Below the pieces are notes generated by a model, which was not told the origin of the DNA, searched no databases, and saw only the letters and a list, made by a program, of their open reading frames with translations. From the human T2T-CHM13v2.0 reference genome, Homo sapiens, in assembly GCF_009914755.1 (NCBI RefSeq), contig NC_060942.1: 64,000 bases of DNA; one strand, given 5' to 3'. Positions 1-14,266 of this stretch are shown here, piece after piece. Each line of letters begins with the position of its first letter. The first letter of the stretch is position 1. The translations under genes and the position numbers were made by a program.

Positions 1-1200
1 GTCTGCTCTATAGAAGTGAGCATGGAATGTAAGCCAAGCTGTCATTGTGGAGTCTTAGTGTTGATACGATAGACTCTGGTACTTTAAATCAGGCCACTGT
101 CATCTATGATAATGCTTGGCACGTAGTAGGTGCTCAATAAAAATGCAGCAAATGAATGAACAGCTCCTAAATGGCCTTTGTTTCCAGTTTTGCTTTTCTC
201 CAGTCCTCTTAAAATTCCACCACTGTGTGGTCTCATTGGCTCCCATTGCCCTCAGAACAAAGTTCAAACTCCCTAACGAAGTAACTGATGGTGCCCTTGG
301 CTCCAGTTGTATAAGTTTAGGAGTCTGTTCTGATTGATTGGTGCCTTTCTGCACTATGGGTTTAGCTGACATGCTCCTACCAGAGTTTACGTCTTAGCCT
401 GCAGTACATTCATTCCTCTCTTGTTTCTGGGTTATTTCTCCTTGGTGGGCATGTCAGTATGAGTTGGCGTTCAGTCAGGAAGCAGAGCTACTCTGAGTGT
501 TATGGGAAAAGGAATTTATTACAGTAATCCCACTTAATACCAGTGTGGGTGGCTGGGGAAGGGGATGCCTGGGAGTCAGAGCCCGAAGATCAGAGAAACA
601 TCTCAAAACAGCAGCACCCGGCATGGTGGATGGTTGTGGCTCTCAAGGAAGCTCTGAGAAGCCAGAGGTGCCCAGCAGGGAAGCCGGCCTGCAGTGGGGA
701 CATGGAGCAGGTGCCTGCGGGCAGCCACTGCTCTGCGTAGCTCCTGCCTCTACACCCTACATTGGGAGGACCGCTGTTGGGAGAAGAGTCAGACACAGAA
801 GAGAGGAGTGGGGACAAGTGGGGCTCTGCTGGGAACCTTGTCATCTCTGTGTGCTAAAGACCTTCAGAGAGTAATGCCCAGTCTTTACTTCCTGCAGATT
901 CCTTTTTTGGTCAACTCTAGTCCAGAACTCTATGGAGAAGGGGCTTCTGGGAAGTGAGTGGTGTTCCTAGCTTTAGCCACGTTGAACCTAGGATGATCCA
1001 GGACACCGCATGCTGGGTCTGTGTAACAGTGTCTCTGTGGGCTGTGTGGACATGTGTGTGCACATGTATGCATGTGCATGTATGTGTGTGTTCATGTGTG
1101 TGCTTCAGATCCCCTTTGGGGAATGTGCAGGAATGTCAGAAGTAGGGAGATAGAGCCACTGGGTTAGGGCAGAGGGCGAGAGGCCCTCTTTGAGGCCACC

Positions 1201-1644
1201 TGTGGAGGGCTAAGATGACTCCATCCTGGATGCTAATCCATCATGTCGGCTTCTGATTAACTCCAGTTCTGGCAATGCCTCTAAGATTTCTATTTCATCT
1301 TCTTCCTTGTGTAAGAGCATGTACTTACCATAAATCTTGTCCTTAGGTCAAAACAACCTTGATGTTATCGTACTTACCGTAAATCTTGCTGTAAAGCAGT
1401 TGTTCCGCACATCCCTTCTGAAGCACGGACACTGTCCCCCTGTGGTGCGTAAGCCCTGGGCCTGGGGATGGTAGCACAGGGATCCCCCATTTCGCCTGTG
1501 GGCCACCCGAGACGCGGCTCCTGTTCATACGTCCCATTAAATGTTGCTCTCTGAGAAACTGGATTTGTTGCCTCTTTCTTCGACCTCTCAGTTCCCTTGG
1601 CTTTTGGCAGTCGGTTTGCAAAATGACCTGCTCACCACGGAACC
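1201..1644 (+). mobile_element. Solo LTR, LTR47 family
   Basis: Starts tgtggagggctaagatgactccatcctggatgctaatcc and ends ...ctgctcaccacggaac, matching the recalled LTR47 consensus; internal attaaa. Confidence 0.75.
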
Positions 1645-2569
1645 AGCTCATTCCAGTCAGAGTGGGATCAGCAGGATGGGGGAGTGGAAAGCATAACCCA
1701 GGCCCCTCCATCCACATGTTCATGGGGAGGTGCTGGCTTCTTTGCCTCCTGGGGGGAAAAGCCCCAAATGTCTGACCACGCTGACTCACTCGGACAGCCT
1801 TCCTTCTCTGTGGCCTCTGCTTGTGTTCTCCTCCCCCCTCTTCCCTTCTCCATTCACCAGTCCTGCCTGTCTCTTTGCTGGGCTAGTGCATCCTTTTGGT
1901 TTCAGATTTAGTGCCCCTGCCTCCATGAAGCCTTTCCTGATTGTCAGATGCGGGCAGGTGTCCCTGTGCATCCCCATCACAGCACTTGTCACAGTCGATG
2001 CTACTTCCCAGTTTACTTGTCTGTGTTCCTCACTGAACCAGGAGCCTGTGAGGGTAGACACATGGGACTTACAGCAATAGCCATGTGCTTCCCTTCCCAA
2101 TGTCACACAAGTGAGACATGGTCTGGTGCATCTGATTCTGAGTCTCAGCTGTGTGCGAGTGTGGCATGACCTTTCATCCATCCCCCTGTCTATCTCCCCA
2201 TGAGGACAAAAGCAAGGGTGACTACAAAAATGACCACCGCTGCCGAGGCCTTTGCTCTGAAAGTGCAGCACAGTGGCTGGGACCGCAAGACAGTGTAACT
2301 GACGACGTCTGCAGAATTCAACCAGCGTGCTCTGTTGGGTGGGACAGGAAGTAGGGCAGTAGAAGATTAGACAGAATTGATAATCTTTGAGATCAAGCAG
2401 TGTGCGGCTTTGAGATGGAGAAGCAGTAGTAGCTTTGTCCTTCCCAGGGTTTGGACCCAGGGCTGCCTTGGGAATAGACGTTCAGACATCAGGAAGGTGG
2501 CCTGAAACATGGCGGCTCGGCTATGTAGAGCGGAGGGCACTTAGAGGACATTTATCTATACAGCGGGTC

Positions 2570-2855
2570 TTTTTGTTTTTGTTTTTGTTTTGAGACAAGG
2601 TCTTGCTCTGTCACTAAGGCTTGAGTGTAGTGCAGCCTCAACCTCCTGGGCTCAAGCAATCCTTCTGTCTCAGCCTCCCATGTACCTTGGACACCAGGCA
2701 CATGCCACCATGCCTGGCTAATTTTTTGATTTTTCATAAAGACAGTGTCTCGCTATGTTGTCCAGGCTGTTCTCAAACTCCTGGCTTCAAGTAAACCTCC
2801 CACCTCAACCTCCCGAAGTGTTGGGATTATAAGCGTGAGCCACAGCACCTGTCCT
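2570..2855 (-). mobile_element. Alu (AluJ-like)
   Basis: Antisense dimer with T-rich tail. Confidence 0.9.
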
Positions 2856-3534
2856 ATCTAGTAGATCTTAAAACTATTTAGGTCATAGATTGCTTTGCGA
2901 ATCTCATGAGGGACCCTCTCACCAAAAAAAAAAATTACCTGCTCACAAAGGTTTCCATATGATTTAGGGGGATATTGGATGCCTGAGGTCTGTGATCTGT
3001 TTCTAAGCCTCATCCCAGAGGTGTGGTGATGAGGACCAACAAGGTATATGCTTGCCGGAGGTCAAGACAGAGAGACAGGAGGGGTGAAAAGGGCAAGGCT
3101 CTCCCGAGACCTGTTTCCATACATGGTCGGGCCTCTCAACTTGAATGGAAAGTTTAATTTTGCCTCTCTATGGTGGTAGAAATAGTGTCAGTGACATCAA
3201 GTTTTTATAAGGGGAAAGCACCACAGAGGATCTTGGGGTGCTGGGGGCTCTGACAGATGATGCATGAGTTATCAGGATTGTGTCCACTTCAGAGGGGACA
3301 ACATGGTGAGAAAAGGGGGCACCAGACTAAGGTGGTCCCCCTGAGCACGTTCTCGGGAAGTGTGAGGGTGGGTAAATGGTCCCTGTTTCTTGCTTTGCGT
3401 TGAAGGCTTTGCTATTCCACATTTCCATTTTTTTGAAAAAGATTATTTTAATTTTATTTTTTTAACCTGGGTTAAAGATATGCATCTTCCACATTTTCTC
3501 TGGTGCTTTAGAATTCGTTTAATGAAATGAGCTT

Positions 3535-3858
<324 letters not shown>

Positions 3859-4811
3859 CAGCTGTTCTTCAGAACAATTTTTTTTCACTCTTTTTAAAGA
3901 AATTCTTTTTTCATTTAGTCTTCCCTGCATTTCAAATAGAATGATCTTATGAGAAGGGTCAGTAGGATTATTTAAAGCCGAGAGATGAGGCAGTGAGCTC
4001 CGGGAGGTGTTCATGCTTCCCTTCTCCCTCTGTCTGTCGGGTCCCAGGACTAAGGATCCTGGCTGTGGGCAATCTGCAGGGTGGAAGAACAATCCTGTTT
4101 CCCCTAACATGTCTTGTCACAGTTCCCAAGGCCCCCGCTAAGGACGCGTGGAATGGGGAGGTGAGATGGGAGGAACTGAAACAGCCCCATCCTGGTGTTA
4201 GGTTCCCTGTTGAGTCACAGTGTGTGGAAAGGATATCAAATGAAGGAGAGATTTTCTACTGAGATGAAAAGGCACTTAATAAAATGACATAACGCTTCAC
4301 AGGGAGCTGTTTTAATGGCTACTCAAAACAACTCTGAAATGTCTATAATGAGATCCTAAAAGCAAGTTCTGAAATCCCCAATTCTCTTCTTTCTGATCTT
4401 GGATGCTGTGATATCTTCCCTAGAGATTTACTCTTAGATGGAATGACTGCATTTCATGGTAGCTCTGTAGCCATGCTAACTTCATTTGCTGATGGCAGCT
4501 TTATCGCTATTGTTTAAATCACTCTAAATAGGTTTTGTCAGTTAAAGCAATGTAATATCTTTCCTTTCTTACAGCCCAGAGAGTAGACTCCTGTAGGAAT
4601 ATTGGAATATTCAGAATCACTACTCGCAGAGCAGAACCTCATAATCCTATCAAACTTTGCTCTCATCAACCCCTCACACTGCTGACCTACCTTAAACCTT
4701 AATGTCCTGATTTGCAAAATGAGGATAACCCTACTTCATTAGGGTTGTTGAAAGATTAAACCTGTAACAAGCCTGGAGAGTCAGTGCTTACTAAATGCCC
4801 TCCATTATGTC

Positions 4812-5640
4812 TGTATTAGTTGCCCATTGCTGTTGTCCCCAAACCTAACAGCTTAAAACAACATGCACTGATTATGTCACGGGTTTTGTGGGTCAGGAAT
4901 TGGGCATGGCTTAGTAGGTCCTCGGGCTGGGGGATCTCTTACAACACTACAACAGGTGTTAGCTGGGCCTGCAGTCATCTCATGATGGAACCGGGGCAGG
5001 GTCTGCTTTCAGGCTCCCTTGGTGGTTGTCACCAGGATGCAGTTCCTGGTGGCCTGTTGTATATGTGCCCTGAGGCCTCTCTCAGTTCCCTGCCTTGCGT
5101 CCTCTTCATGCATGGCAGCTTGCAAGAGCAAGCAGGCAAAAGGGAGAGAGGGAGTATGAAAAAAGAGGGCCGCAAGCATCTTTCATTTGTTTATTTATTT
5201 ATTTATTTAAGACAGAGTCTTGCTCTGTTGCCCAGGCTGGAGTGCAGTGGTGTGATCTTGGCTCACTGCAACCTCTGCCTTCGGGTTCAAACGATTCTCG
5301 TGCCTCAGCCTCCCAAGTAGCTGGGATTACAGGTGCACACCACCATGCCTGGCTAATTTTTAATATTTTTAGTAGAGATGGGGTTTCACCATGTTGGCCA
5401 GGGTTGTCTCAAACTCCTGAGCTCAGGTGATCCACCTGCCTCGGCCTCCCAAAGTGCTAGGATTACACGTATGAGCCACCATGCCCGGCCACCAGTACCT
5501 TTTATAACCTCCCCCTTGGAAGTGACATCTGCCACTTTTGCTGCATTCCATTTCTTAGGAGCAAGTCATTGGGTCCAGTCCATATGGGAGTGAATACTGG
5601 GAGGCGGGGATTATTGGGAGCCATTTTAGAAGCTGCCTAC
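4812..5640. mobile_element. MLT1 (MaLR) LTR interrupted by an Alu
   Basis: MLT1 hallmarks: tgtattagtt...gcttaaaacaaca...gggtcaggaatt...ggagccattttagaagctgcctac. Confidence 0.7.
5185..5490 (-). mobile_element. Alu (AluS-like)
   Basis: Antisense dimer with (ttta)n tail. Confidence 0.9.
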
Positions 5641-6639
5641 TGCAATTGTCATGATTCTTCATCCTTTTTTGCTAGACATGCAACTCAGGAACAGTAAAGA
5701 TTGTCTTGTAAAAAATTGCAGAATGTAGCAATAAAAAATCCAAAGTTTGGAGCGTGGTGCCTTGCTTGGTAAGCCAGGTTATTCCATATGATCTGCGAAT
5801 GCTCCCTCCAGGAGGTGGGTGCCTGTATCACTCATCAGTGACCCATCTTGCCCAGTGAGGAGCTCACATATGTGTTGCTTGTGAAGAAAGGTGGCAAAAA
5901 GACAGGTGCTTCCTTGGATAGGAAGTATGATTTAAGTAAGAAACTGTGGTAATTATTATTTTTTTTTACAGTTAAGGCCACATTCTCTATTTCTGCTTAG
6001 CTGCACAGAGTTTGTACATCGGGACAAACTGCTCTCTGGAAATGCCAAGAAGCTGTGGGGCTATTATAAGAAAAACGGAACTGAAGGAGTTATGGAACTT
6101 GCTCTTCTTCCCCATTTAAAAGTCGTCTTCCTTCTTTAACTGATCTGAAGAGTAGGGGAGGAGGAGAGAGTGGTGGTGCGGGCTTCCTTAAGAGCTGGGC
6201 TAGAGGAGACATGGAGCCTCTGGCACTTTGGTTTTTTGCTCCTGATAACGTCAGTGGCCCTGGCTTTCCTAGAACTCAGCAACAGGAGTTTCCTTTGCCA
6301 CCAGCAGGGTAGGGGAGCTGCCACCATTGAGGCCAGAATGCTCAGTGGCTGAAAGATTGCTGAACTTGGGAATCCACCAGATAGGCCAGCTCTGCGAGAA
6401 TGAGAGAAAAATAAATTTAACAATAGCAGAAAGGGACAGTGTTTTTAAATATTACAAATATTTTCTTATTAGGAACAGTTTCTTTAGGGTGGATGATGTC
6501 CCGGCACCGAGACCATCTGTTCTTTTTAAACCTTCATCTCAGAGTCTGAAAAGATCTGGAAAGTGTCCTGGCCGTAACATGTGTCCTTGGACGAGTTGCT
6601 TTAATTTCTTCCTTTAAACTTACGCTAAGGCCTAATCAA

Positions 6640-7120
6640 ACATGATCAGAGAGATGAGGAGACAGGGCAACTCAAATGAAAACCTTTCAACAGACAATAG
6701 AAGCAGACCCACAGAGAATCTAAGGAATGAGATTATCAGACATGGACTTTAAAAGATGAATGTTTAATATGTTCAAGGAAATAAAAATCAAGATTTAAAA
6801 ATTCATCAAGGAATCGAAAACTAGGAAAGGAATAAAACGAAACATTTATAACTGAAAACTATAATAATTGATATTAGGAAATGAATAAATAGGGTTATCA
6901 TATATGATACATCTGTAGAAAGAACTGGAAGAAAATCTCCAAATTCAGAGAAACTCAGAGAGATAGAAAATAAAGAAAAAAATTATATATATATATATAT
7001 ATATATATGGTGAAAAAGTTTAACGTAGGCATAATTGGAGTTCCAGTAGGATAGAAGAGACTTAATGGAGCAGAAACAATATCTAATATTGTTAGATCAG
7101 ATAATAGCTGATACTTTTCC
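6640..7120 (+). mobile_element. Old L1M fragment (ORF1-like region) containing a (TA)n tract
   Basis: A-rich decayed L1M-like sequence (gactttaaa...aatatgttcaagga; aattggagttccagtagga); (TA)n at about 6984-7008. Confidence 0.55.
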
Positions 7121-8327
7121 ATAGGAAGTGCTTAGCTTGGTGCCTAGAACTTTTTATATTGTTAGTAAATGTCAGCTTTTCTCATCATCAATATTATTAT
7201 TTTGCTCATCTTTGCTCCTGTGGAAGATTTACACTGATGGCAGTTTTATGAGAGTCCAAATCCACTAGGCCTTTTGTTCACCAAAGCTCTTACAGTCCTG
7301 GAGCTTCTGCTTCTACTAAAGGCCTGGAGTTGGGGTCACACTGGTTGAAATCTGATATGAAATTAGAGTAAGTTTTCCTATGGAAACAATGTTGTCAGTG
7401 AATGTGGGTGTCCACTGTAGAGTGCTGTAGCTCAGCAGCAAGCTTAGGAAATAATCATTCTTTATTTACAGCATCAGTTCAATGGAAAAACGCATATTTT
7501 AGTTTCACATGCGTAGCCAACAAATGCTCACTTGGAACTCAGCCATCAGCAATCCAGTTGATGGAGTGGGGATTGCCTGTACAATTAGTTCGGTCACTGT
7601 CACCCTAACCTCCTGCCTTTGATTCCTTTGTAAAGTTTAAGTCTCATTTGTAAGTGTCCTCACTGCAGGAATCAGGACATAATCTTTTTATCCCCTGTCC
7701 TTGCATACTGCTGACTGCACGTACGGTGAATCAGTGGATGAATTCGTGCATGCATTTGTGCGTGCCTCCTGGAGAGATGGTTTGGCTGGTGAACAGTGCA
7801 CTGGATATGGGGAATGGGAAATCTGAGTCTTGACTCTGCCCTTACTAGTTACAGGCCCACTGGGAGAATCCATGTTTTCCTTATGCGGGAATTGAGGATG
7901 AAGCCATCTCTCCTCCCCTTGACAAAGGGCTGCTGTGAGGACCAAGTGAGATAAGTGTGTGAACATGGGTACACGGGCTCCCATTTGCACCATCGAATCA
8001 TCTTGTTTTTGTGGCTTCCATGCCCTTCCTTTCTGCTTATTTTTTCGTATTCTCTGGTAGGATGTTTTACATCTCTCCTGGCCATTTTTTTGTATCTTAA
8101 ATGTGGCACCTTATTCTCTGTATGTGGGCTTCTGATTCTTTCATGGAGGGAACTGTGGACATTTCCAAGCTATGCTCATTAATGTCCACGGGGCATTAAT
8201 CTAAATGCTTGAGTTCACTTATGCCATGTATTAGTTTAAATTTACTTCTGTAAGGAATATTTTCCCTCATGAGGTAGATAGATAAAATGAAGTCTAGTGA
8301 CTCAGACCCAGTGCAGAACCCACCTTT

Positions 8328-8637
8328 TTCTTTCTTTCTTTCTTTCTTTTTTTTTTGGAGACAGAGTCTCGCTCCATTACCCAGGCTGGAGTGCAATGCC
8401 GATCTTGGCTCACGGCAACCTACGCCTCCTGGGCTCAAGCAATTCTCTTGCCTCAGCCTCCCATGTAGCTGGAATTACAGGCTCTCGCCACCACGCCTGT
8501 CTGATTTTTGTATTTTTAGTAGAGACAGGGTTTTGCCATGTTGGCCAGGCTGGTCTTGAACTCCTGGCCTCAAATGATCTGACCCCCTTGGTCTCCCAAA
8601 GTGCTGGGAATTACAGGTGCGAGCCACCACACCCGGC
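8328..8637 (-). mobile_element. Alu
   Basis: Antisense dimer with (tttc)n tail. Confidence 0.9.
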
Positions 8638-10058
8638 TGCCCAGAGCTTTTTATTGATACTGTGTTTTCCACAAATAATTTTGTGTTATGGTTTTCTCAC
8701 TACAGTAACAGGCCTGGAGTTGCATTTTCTTGCATTGCTAGCTCAGTTTTTCCTAGAACAGAGTGTGAAGACTGAGATTTACTCTGCTTGAGTGAGATCT
8801 GCTCTCTCTACCCCAAAAGGAATCTTATAGAATGGGTGGTAATAACAACAGCACAGGATGGACTTGAGTTTGATAATGTTTTCTGCTTTTATGGCACCTT
8901 ATTTTTGGTAGTGGTTACTGTGTAAAAATCAGACCTTTTTCTCTTCAGTGCATAATTGTCCCTCTGGTGAAAAGTGCTTGAGGTACAGAGGAATTATTTC
9001 ATACCACCAACATAGTATTTAGGGCCCAGAGCAAACAGGCCCAGTAAGTCTGTAATCTGATAAGCCCTGGAATGGGATCCAGGTGCAAAGTACTTCCGAT
9101 CTCTTTGACACAAAGGGAGGCCTAGACACAGACTCAAGTGAGGAAGGAACTGGAGCTCTCCCGGGAGTTCACTGGTAGTTTGAGGAGTGATGTTCGTTGT
9201 TTTAACCTCCAGTCTTTGGTCCAGCCAACTGATAGAATACTTCACTTTGGGGACCCGAGACTCTTGTTGGGTATATAGGATTGGGGTTTTCTGTTGATTG
9301 CTTTGTAACAAACCTAGTGTAGGGGGCCGGGTGTAGGGGGTGGGGGAGAGTGGGTGGGAGGAGTATATTCTCTTCCCCTTAGGCAAAGCTTCAAAAAAGT
9401 GCTTTGTGGGTTAATATGGAATTTGTGCCATATTTCTGTGGGGTTTCTTTGAAATCGAAAAGGGAAGGTGCAGTGCTTCCTGGATTGAGCTTCCTGAGCC
9501 CGTTTGTCTTCTGCTCTGAGTTGACCCTGGTTTTGGGGCTGTAGAAAGGGGAGGAGTAGCCATCCAGTAACCCTGGCCTGGATTGCTAAGGCCAGGGCCC
9601 GGGAGCTGGGCTCTCACTCTTTCCAGACAGGGCTGAGGCACCCTCCTGCTCCAAGATGTGGAGGCGCCTTCCTGCGTGACCTCATCTCTGCATCTGCGAG
9701 CTCCATCTGCCCCCGGAGTGGGTGAGCCAGGCAAGCGTGGCACTGCCCTCATTACTATGCACTGCCTTCGCTTGCAGGCATCTCCACACAAGGACCTGCC
9801 TGGCAGGCGGGGTGGGCTGAGGCGGGCGGGTGGGGTGTGTATGCTGGTGTCCCAGGTGCCTGATGGGACCTTTACTTCTTTTGGTCACCTTTGGAGTCAG
9901 AACAGTCCAAACTGTTAACCATGCAGACTTCTGCCTGTTTCTCTCTTTATGTTATTTCTTTATGCCCACAAGGTCTGCTGCCCTGTACAGGCCTCCTGAA
10001 TTCCCTAACTTAACTCCTTGTCAATGCTGAAGATGCTGAAGACGTTTTAGAAGCATGT

Positions 10059-10380
10059 GGCTGGGCGCATGGCTCACACCGGTAATCTCAGCACTTTGGG
10101 AGGCTGAGGTGGGGATCGCTTGAGGCCAGGAGTTTGAGACCAGCCTGGGCAATATAGTGAGACCTCATCTCTACCAAAATAAAAATAAAAAATTAGCCTA
10201 GCATGGTGGTGTGCACCTGTAGTCTTAGCTACTTGGGAGGGTGAGACAGGAGGATTTCTTGAGCCTGGAAGGAGTAGGTTGCAGTGAGCCGATGTTGTGC
10301 CACTGTAATCCAGCCTGGGTGACAGAGTGAGATCTTGTCTCAAAACAAACAAACAAAACCCCAAACCAAAACAAACAAAA
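10059..10380 (+). mobile_element. Alu (AluJ-like)
   Basis: Sense dimer; TSD agaagcatgt/agaagtatgt. Confidence 0.9.
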
Positions 10381-11089
10381 AGAAGTATGTAAGCCTTAAA
10401 GTCTAAACATTCAACTAAATGGATGACTGAATACAAAAAATAAATGCAAAAATCCTTCTCATACAGATTATCTCTGATTCCAAGACCAGAAGGAGATGCT
10501 GGAATTATCAGTGATCCCCAATGGGATGTCATGCACAGAGTCAGTTTTGTAGTGTACATTATAGGCAAATCATATTCTCTCTCTTTCTGAACATTCTGAG
10601 AAGAATGCACTCAAGGTTTGAAAGACTATCATGTATGCCATAATTTTTGTGCTTAGTTTTTTTTCTTATTTAACTACATTCTGAGGAATGGAATCCCTGA
10701 GTTGATGGGTCTTGTTAGTGTTATTTCCTGTCCATAAGAATCATGTTGATTTATAATGTTATCAGCAATGTATATCCCTTACCAGTTTACTCAAACACCT
10801 CACCACCTGAAGATTTCTGAAAGTCTGCGGAGCAGTGCTTAGTGAGTTTGTAGTAAAGGAGTCAGTAGGAGTATGGTGGATGTCGTGAAGAGAGACCAGA
10901 GAGGACAGCCTTTTCTTCTCAGTGCCCACTTTGATCGAGTCACAATTATTCCCTGCAGGGCTGGGTCGAAAAGATTTTAAGGCCCTTTTCACGTTCAATA
11001 AGATAATGTGTCTTGAATTGATTACTGATGTCTGCCATGAGAGCAGGATTAAGTAGTCGCGATCTATTTGCCTGGGAGGTATCATTCTT

Positions 11090-13667
11090 TTTTAAAATTA
11101 TTATTTTTATTATTATTATTACACTTTAAGTTCTGGGACACATGTGCAGAACGTGCAGATTTGTTACATAGGAATACACGTGCCATGGTGGTTTGCTGCA
11201 CCCATCAATCCGTCATCTACATTAGGTATTTCTCCTAATGCTATCCCTCCCCTAGCCCCCTGCCCCCTGACAGGCCCCAGTGTGTGATGCTCCCCTCCAT
11301 GTGTCCATGTGTTCTCATTGTTCAACTCCCATTTATGAGTGAGAACATACAGTGTTTGGTTTTCTGTTCCTGTGTTAGTTTGCTGAGAATGATGGTTTCC
11401 AGCTTCATCCGTGTCCCTGCAAAGGACATGAACTCATCCTTTTTTATGGCTTCATAGTATTCCATGATGTACATGTGCCACATTTTCTTTATCAAGTCTA
11501 TCATTGATGGGCAAGTCTTTGCTATTGTGAACAGTGCTGCAATAAACATATGTGTGCATGTGTCTTTATAGTAGAATGATTTATAATCCTTTGTGTATAT
11601 AACCAGTCATGGGATTGCTGGATCAAATGGTATTTCTGGCTCTAGATCCTTGAGGAATTGCCACACTGTCTTCCACAATGTTTGAACTTACACTCCCACC
11701 AACAGTGTAAAAGCATTCCTATTTCTCCACATCCTCTTCAGCATCTGTTGTTTCCTGACTTTTTAATGATCACCATTCTAACTGGTGTGAGATGGCATTT
11801 CATTGTGGTTTTGATTTGCATTTCTCTAATGACCAGTGACAATGAACTTTTTTCCATATGTTTTTTGGCCACAAAAATGTCTTTTTTTGAGAAGTGTCTG
11901 TTCATATCCTTTGCCCACTTTTTGATGGGGTTTTTTTTTCTTGTACGTTTGTTTAAGTTCTTTGTAGATTCTGGATATTAGCCCTTTGTCAGATGGATAG
12001 ATTGCAAAATTTTTCTCCCATTCTGTAAGTTGCCTGTTCACTCTGATGATAGTTTCTTTTGCTGTGCAGAAGCTCTTTAGTTTAATTAGCTCTCATTTGT
12101 CAACTTTGGCTTTTGTTGCCATCGCTTTTGGTATTTTAGTCATGAAGTCTTTGCCCATGCCTATGTCCTGAATGGTATTGCCTAGGTTTCTTCTAGGGTT
12201 TTGGGGTTTTAGGTCTTAGGTTTAAATCTTTAATCCATCTTGAGTTAACTTTTGTATAAGGTGTAAGGAAGGGGTCCAGTTTCAGTTTTCTGGATATGGC
12301 TAGCCAGTTTTCCCAACACCATTTATTAAATAGGGAATCCTTTCCCCATTGCTTGTTTTTCAAAGGTTTTTCAAAGATCAGATGTTTGTAGATGTATGGC
12401 ATTATTTCTGGGGCCTCTGTTCTGTTCCATTGGTCTATATATCTGTTTTCATACCAGTACCATGCTGTTTTGGTTACTGTAGACTTGTAGTATAGTTTGA
12501 AGTCAGGTAGCGTGATGCCTCCAGCTTTGTTCCTTTTGCTTAGGATTGTCTTGGCTATACGGGCTCTTTTTTTGTTCCATATGAAATTCAAAGTAATTTT
12601 TTCTAATTCTGTGAAGAAAGTCATTGGTAGCTTGATGGGGATAGCATTGAATCTATAAATTACTTTGGGCAGTATGACCATTTTCACGATATTGATTCTT
12701 CCTATCCATGAGCATGGAATGTTCTTCCATTTGTATGTGTCCTCTCTTATTTCGTTGAGTGGTGGTTTGTAGTTCTCTTTGAAGAGGTCCTTCACATCCC
12801 TTGTAAGTTGTATTTCTAGGCATTTTATTCTCTTTGCAGCAATTGTGAATGGGAGTTCATTCATGATTTGGCTCTCTATTATTGGTGTATAAAAATGCTT
12901 GTGATTTTTGCACATTGATTTTGTATCCTGAGACTTTGCTGAAGTTGCTTATCAGCTTAAGGAGATTTTTGAGCTGAGACAATGGGGTTTTCTAAATATG
13001 CAATCATGTCATCTGCAAACAGAGACAATTTGACTTCTTCTTTTCCTATTTGAATACCCTTTTTTTCTTTCTCTTGCCTGGTTGCCCTGGCTAGAATTTC
13101 CAATACTATGCTGAATAGGAGTGGTGAGAGAGGGCATCCTTGTGCCGGTTTTCAAAGGGAATGCTTCCAGCTTTTGCCCATTCAGTGTGATACTGGCTGT
13201 GGGTTTGTCATAAGTAGCTCTTATTATTTTGAGATACATTCCATCAATACCTAGTTTATTGGGAGTTTTTAGCATGAAGTCGTGTTGAATTTTATCAAAG
13301 GCCTTTTCTGCATCTATTGAGATAATCATGTCATGTAGTTTTTGTGATTGGTTTTGTTTATGTGATGGATTACGATTATTGATTTGCATATGTTGAACCA
13401 GCCTTGCGTCCCGGGGATAAAGCCAACTTGATTGTGGTGGATAAGCTTTTTGACATGCTGCTGGATTCAGTTTGCCAGTATTTTATTGAGGATTTTTGCG
13501 TTGGTGTTCATCAGGGATATGGGCCTGAAATTTTCTTTTTTTGTTGTGTCTCTGCCAGGTTTTGGTATCAGGATGATGCTGGCCTCATAAAATGAGTTAG
13601 GGAGGAGTCCCTCTTTTCTATTGTTTGGAATAGTTTCAAAAGGAATGTTAGCAGCTCCTCCTTGTAG
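11090..13667 (-). mobile_element. 5'-truncated L1PA-type LINE-1 (ORF2 RT/C-terminal part and 3'UTR)
   Basis: ORF-track peptides match L1 ORF2p ([14 protein letters not shown]; [14 protein letters not shown]; YIDQWNR). 17-bp TSD tgggaggtatcattctt at 11073-11089 and 13668-13684. Confidence 0.95.
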
Positions 13668-14266
13668 TGGGAGGTATCATTCTTAATCTGGAGGGATAGG
13701 AAGCTTGAAGGCCGTTGCAGGAGTCCAGGAATGAATCAAGTGTTAGTGCTTGGTTTTCACAGATTGGTGGTGCCTAGCGTTTTGTGTGGCAGCAGCCAAA
13801 ACTTTGTGGTTCCTGATTTCATAATTATAGATTTACATGTGATTAATAAGTGTGACAATTCAAACAGCAGGGGTTGTCATTTCAGAATAAGTGGTTGTTC
13901 TCAGAGAGGAATCTCATATGAGGGATCCATTTCCCAGGAAGTAGATGGAACCAATTGCTGGGCATGAGTACGTCTCTGATATCGACTATACAAATGATTA
14001 TACAATGAAACACTATCTGGCCCACAGGTAGGGTTTTACTGTACTTTATTTCAGGTTCTGGAGTCAGAATCGGGTTTATTCTAATGTCTCCCCGGCAGTC
14101 AATAATTTGAGCCCCTTTCATTACTGTTAAGGCTGCAGCGGCTATCTTCAGAGCCTGTCAGGCTATGAGTAACTTGAGCTATGCAACGTGAAACCAGAAA
14201 GCACTAGTAAAGTACTTGTGAGTTCTAGAAATTTGACTTTTTTTTTTTTTTTTTTTGAGAAATTTA

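Noticed and set aside
8287-8791. ORFs containing [15 protein letters not shown] or [10 protein letters not shown] (here and throughout the window)
   Set aside because: Standard Alu translation products.
12193-13389. 240-aa and 126-aa RT-like ORFs as an active reverse-transcriptase gene
   Set aside because: Frameshifted pieces of a 5'-truncated L1 ORF2 with no promoter, ORF1 or endonuclease domain.
13731-14121. Overlapping ORFs in unique sequence beside the L1
   Set aside because: No recognisable domain or exon structure; lengths are within chance expectation.
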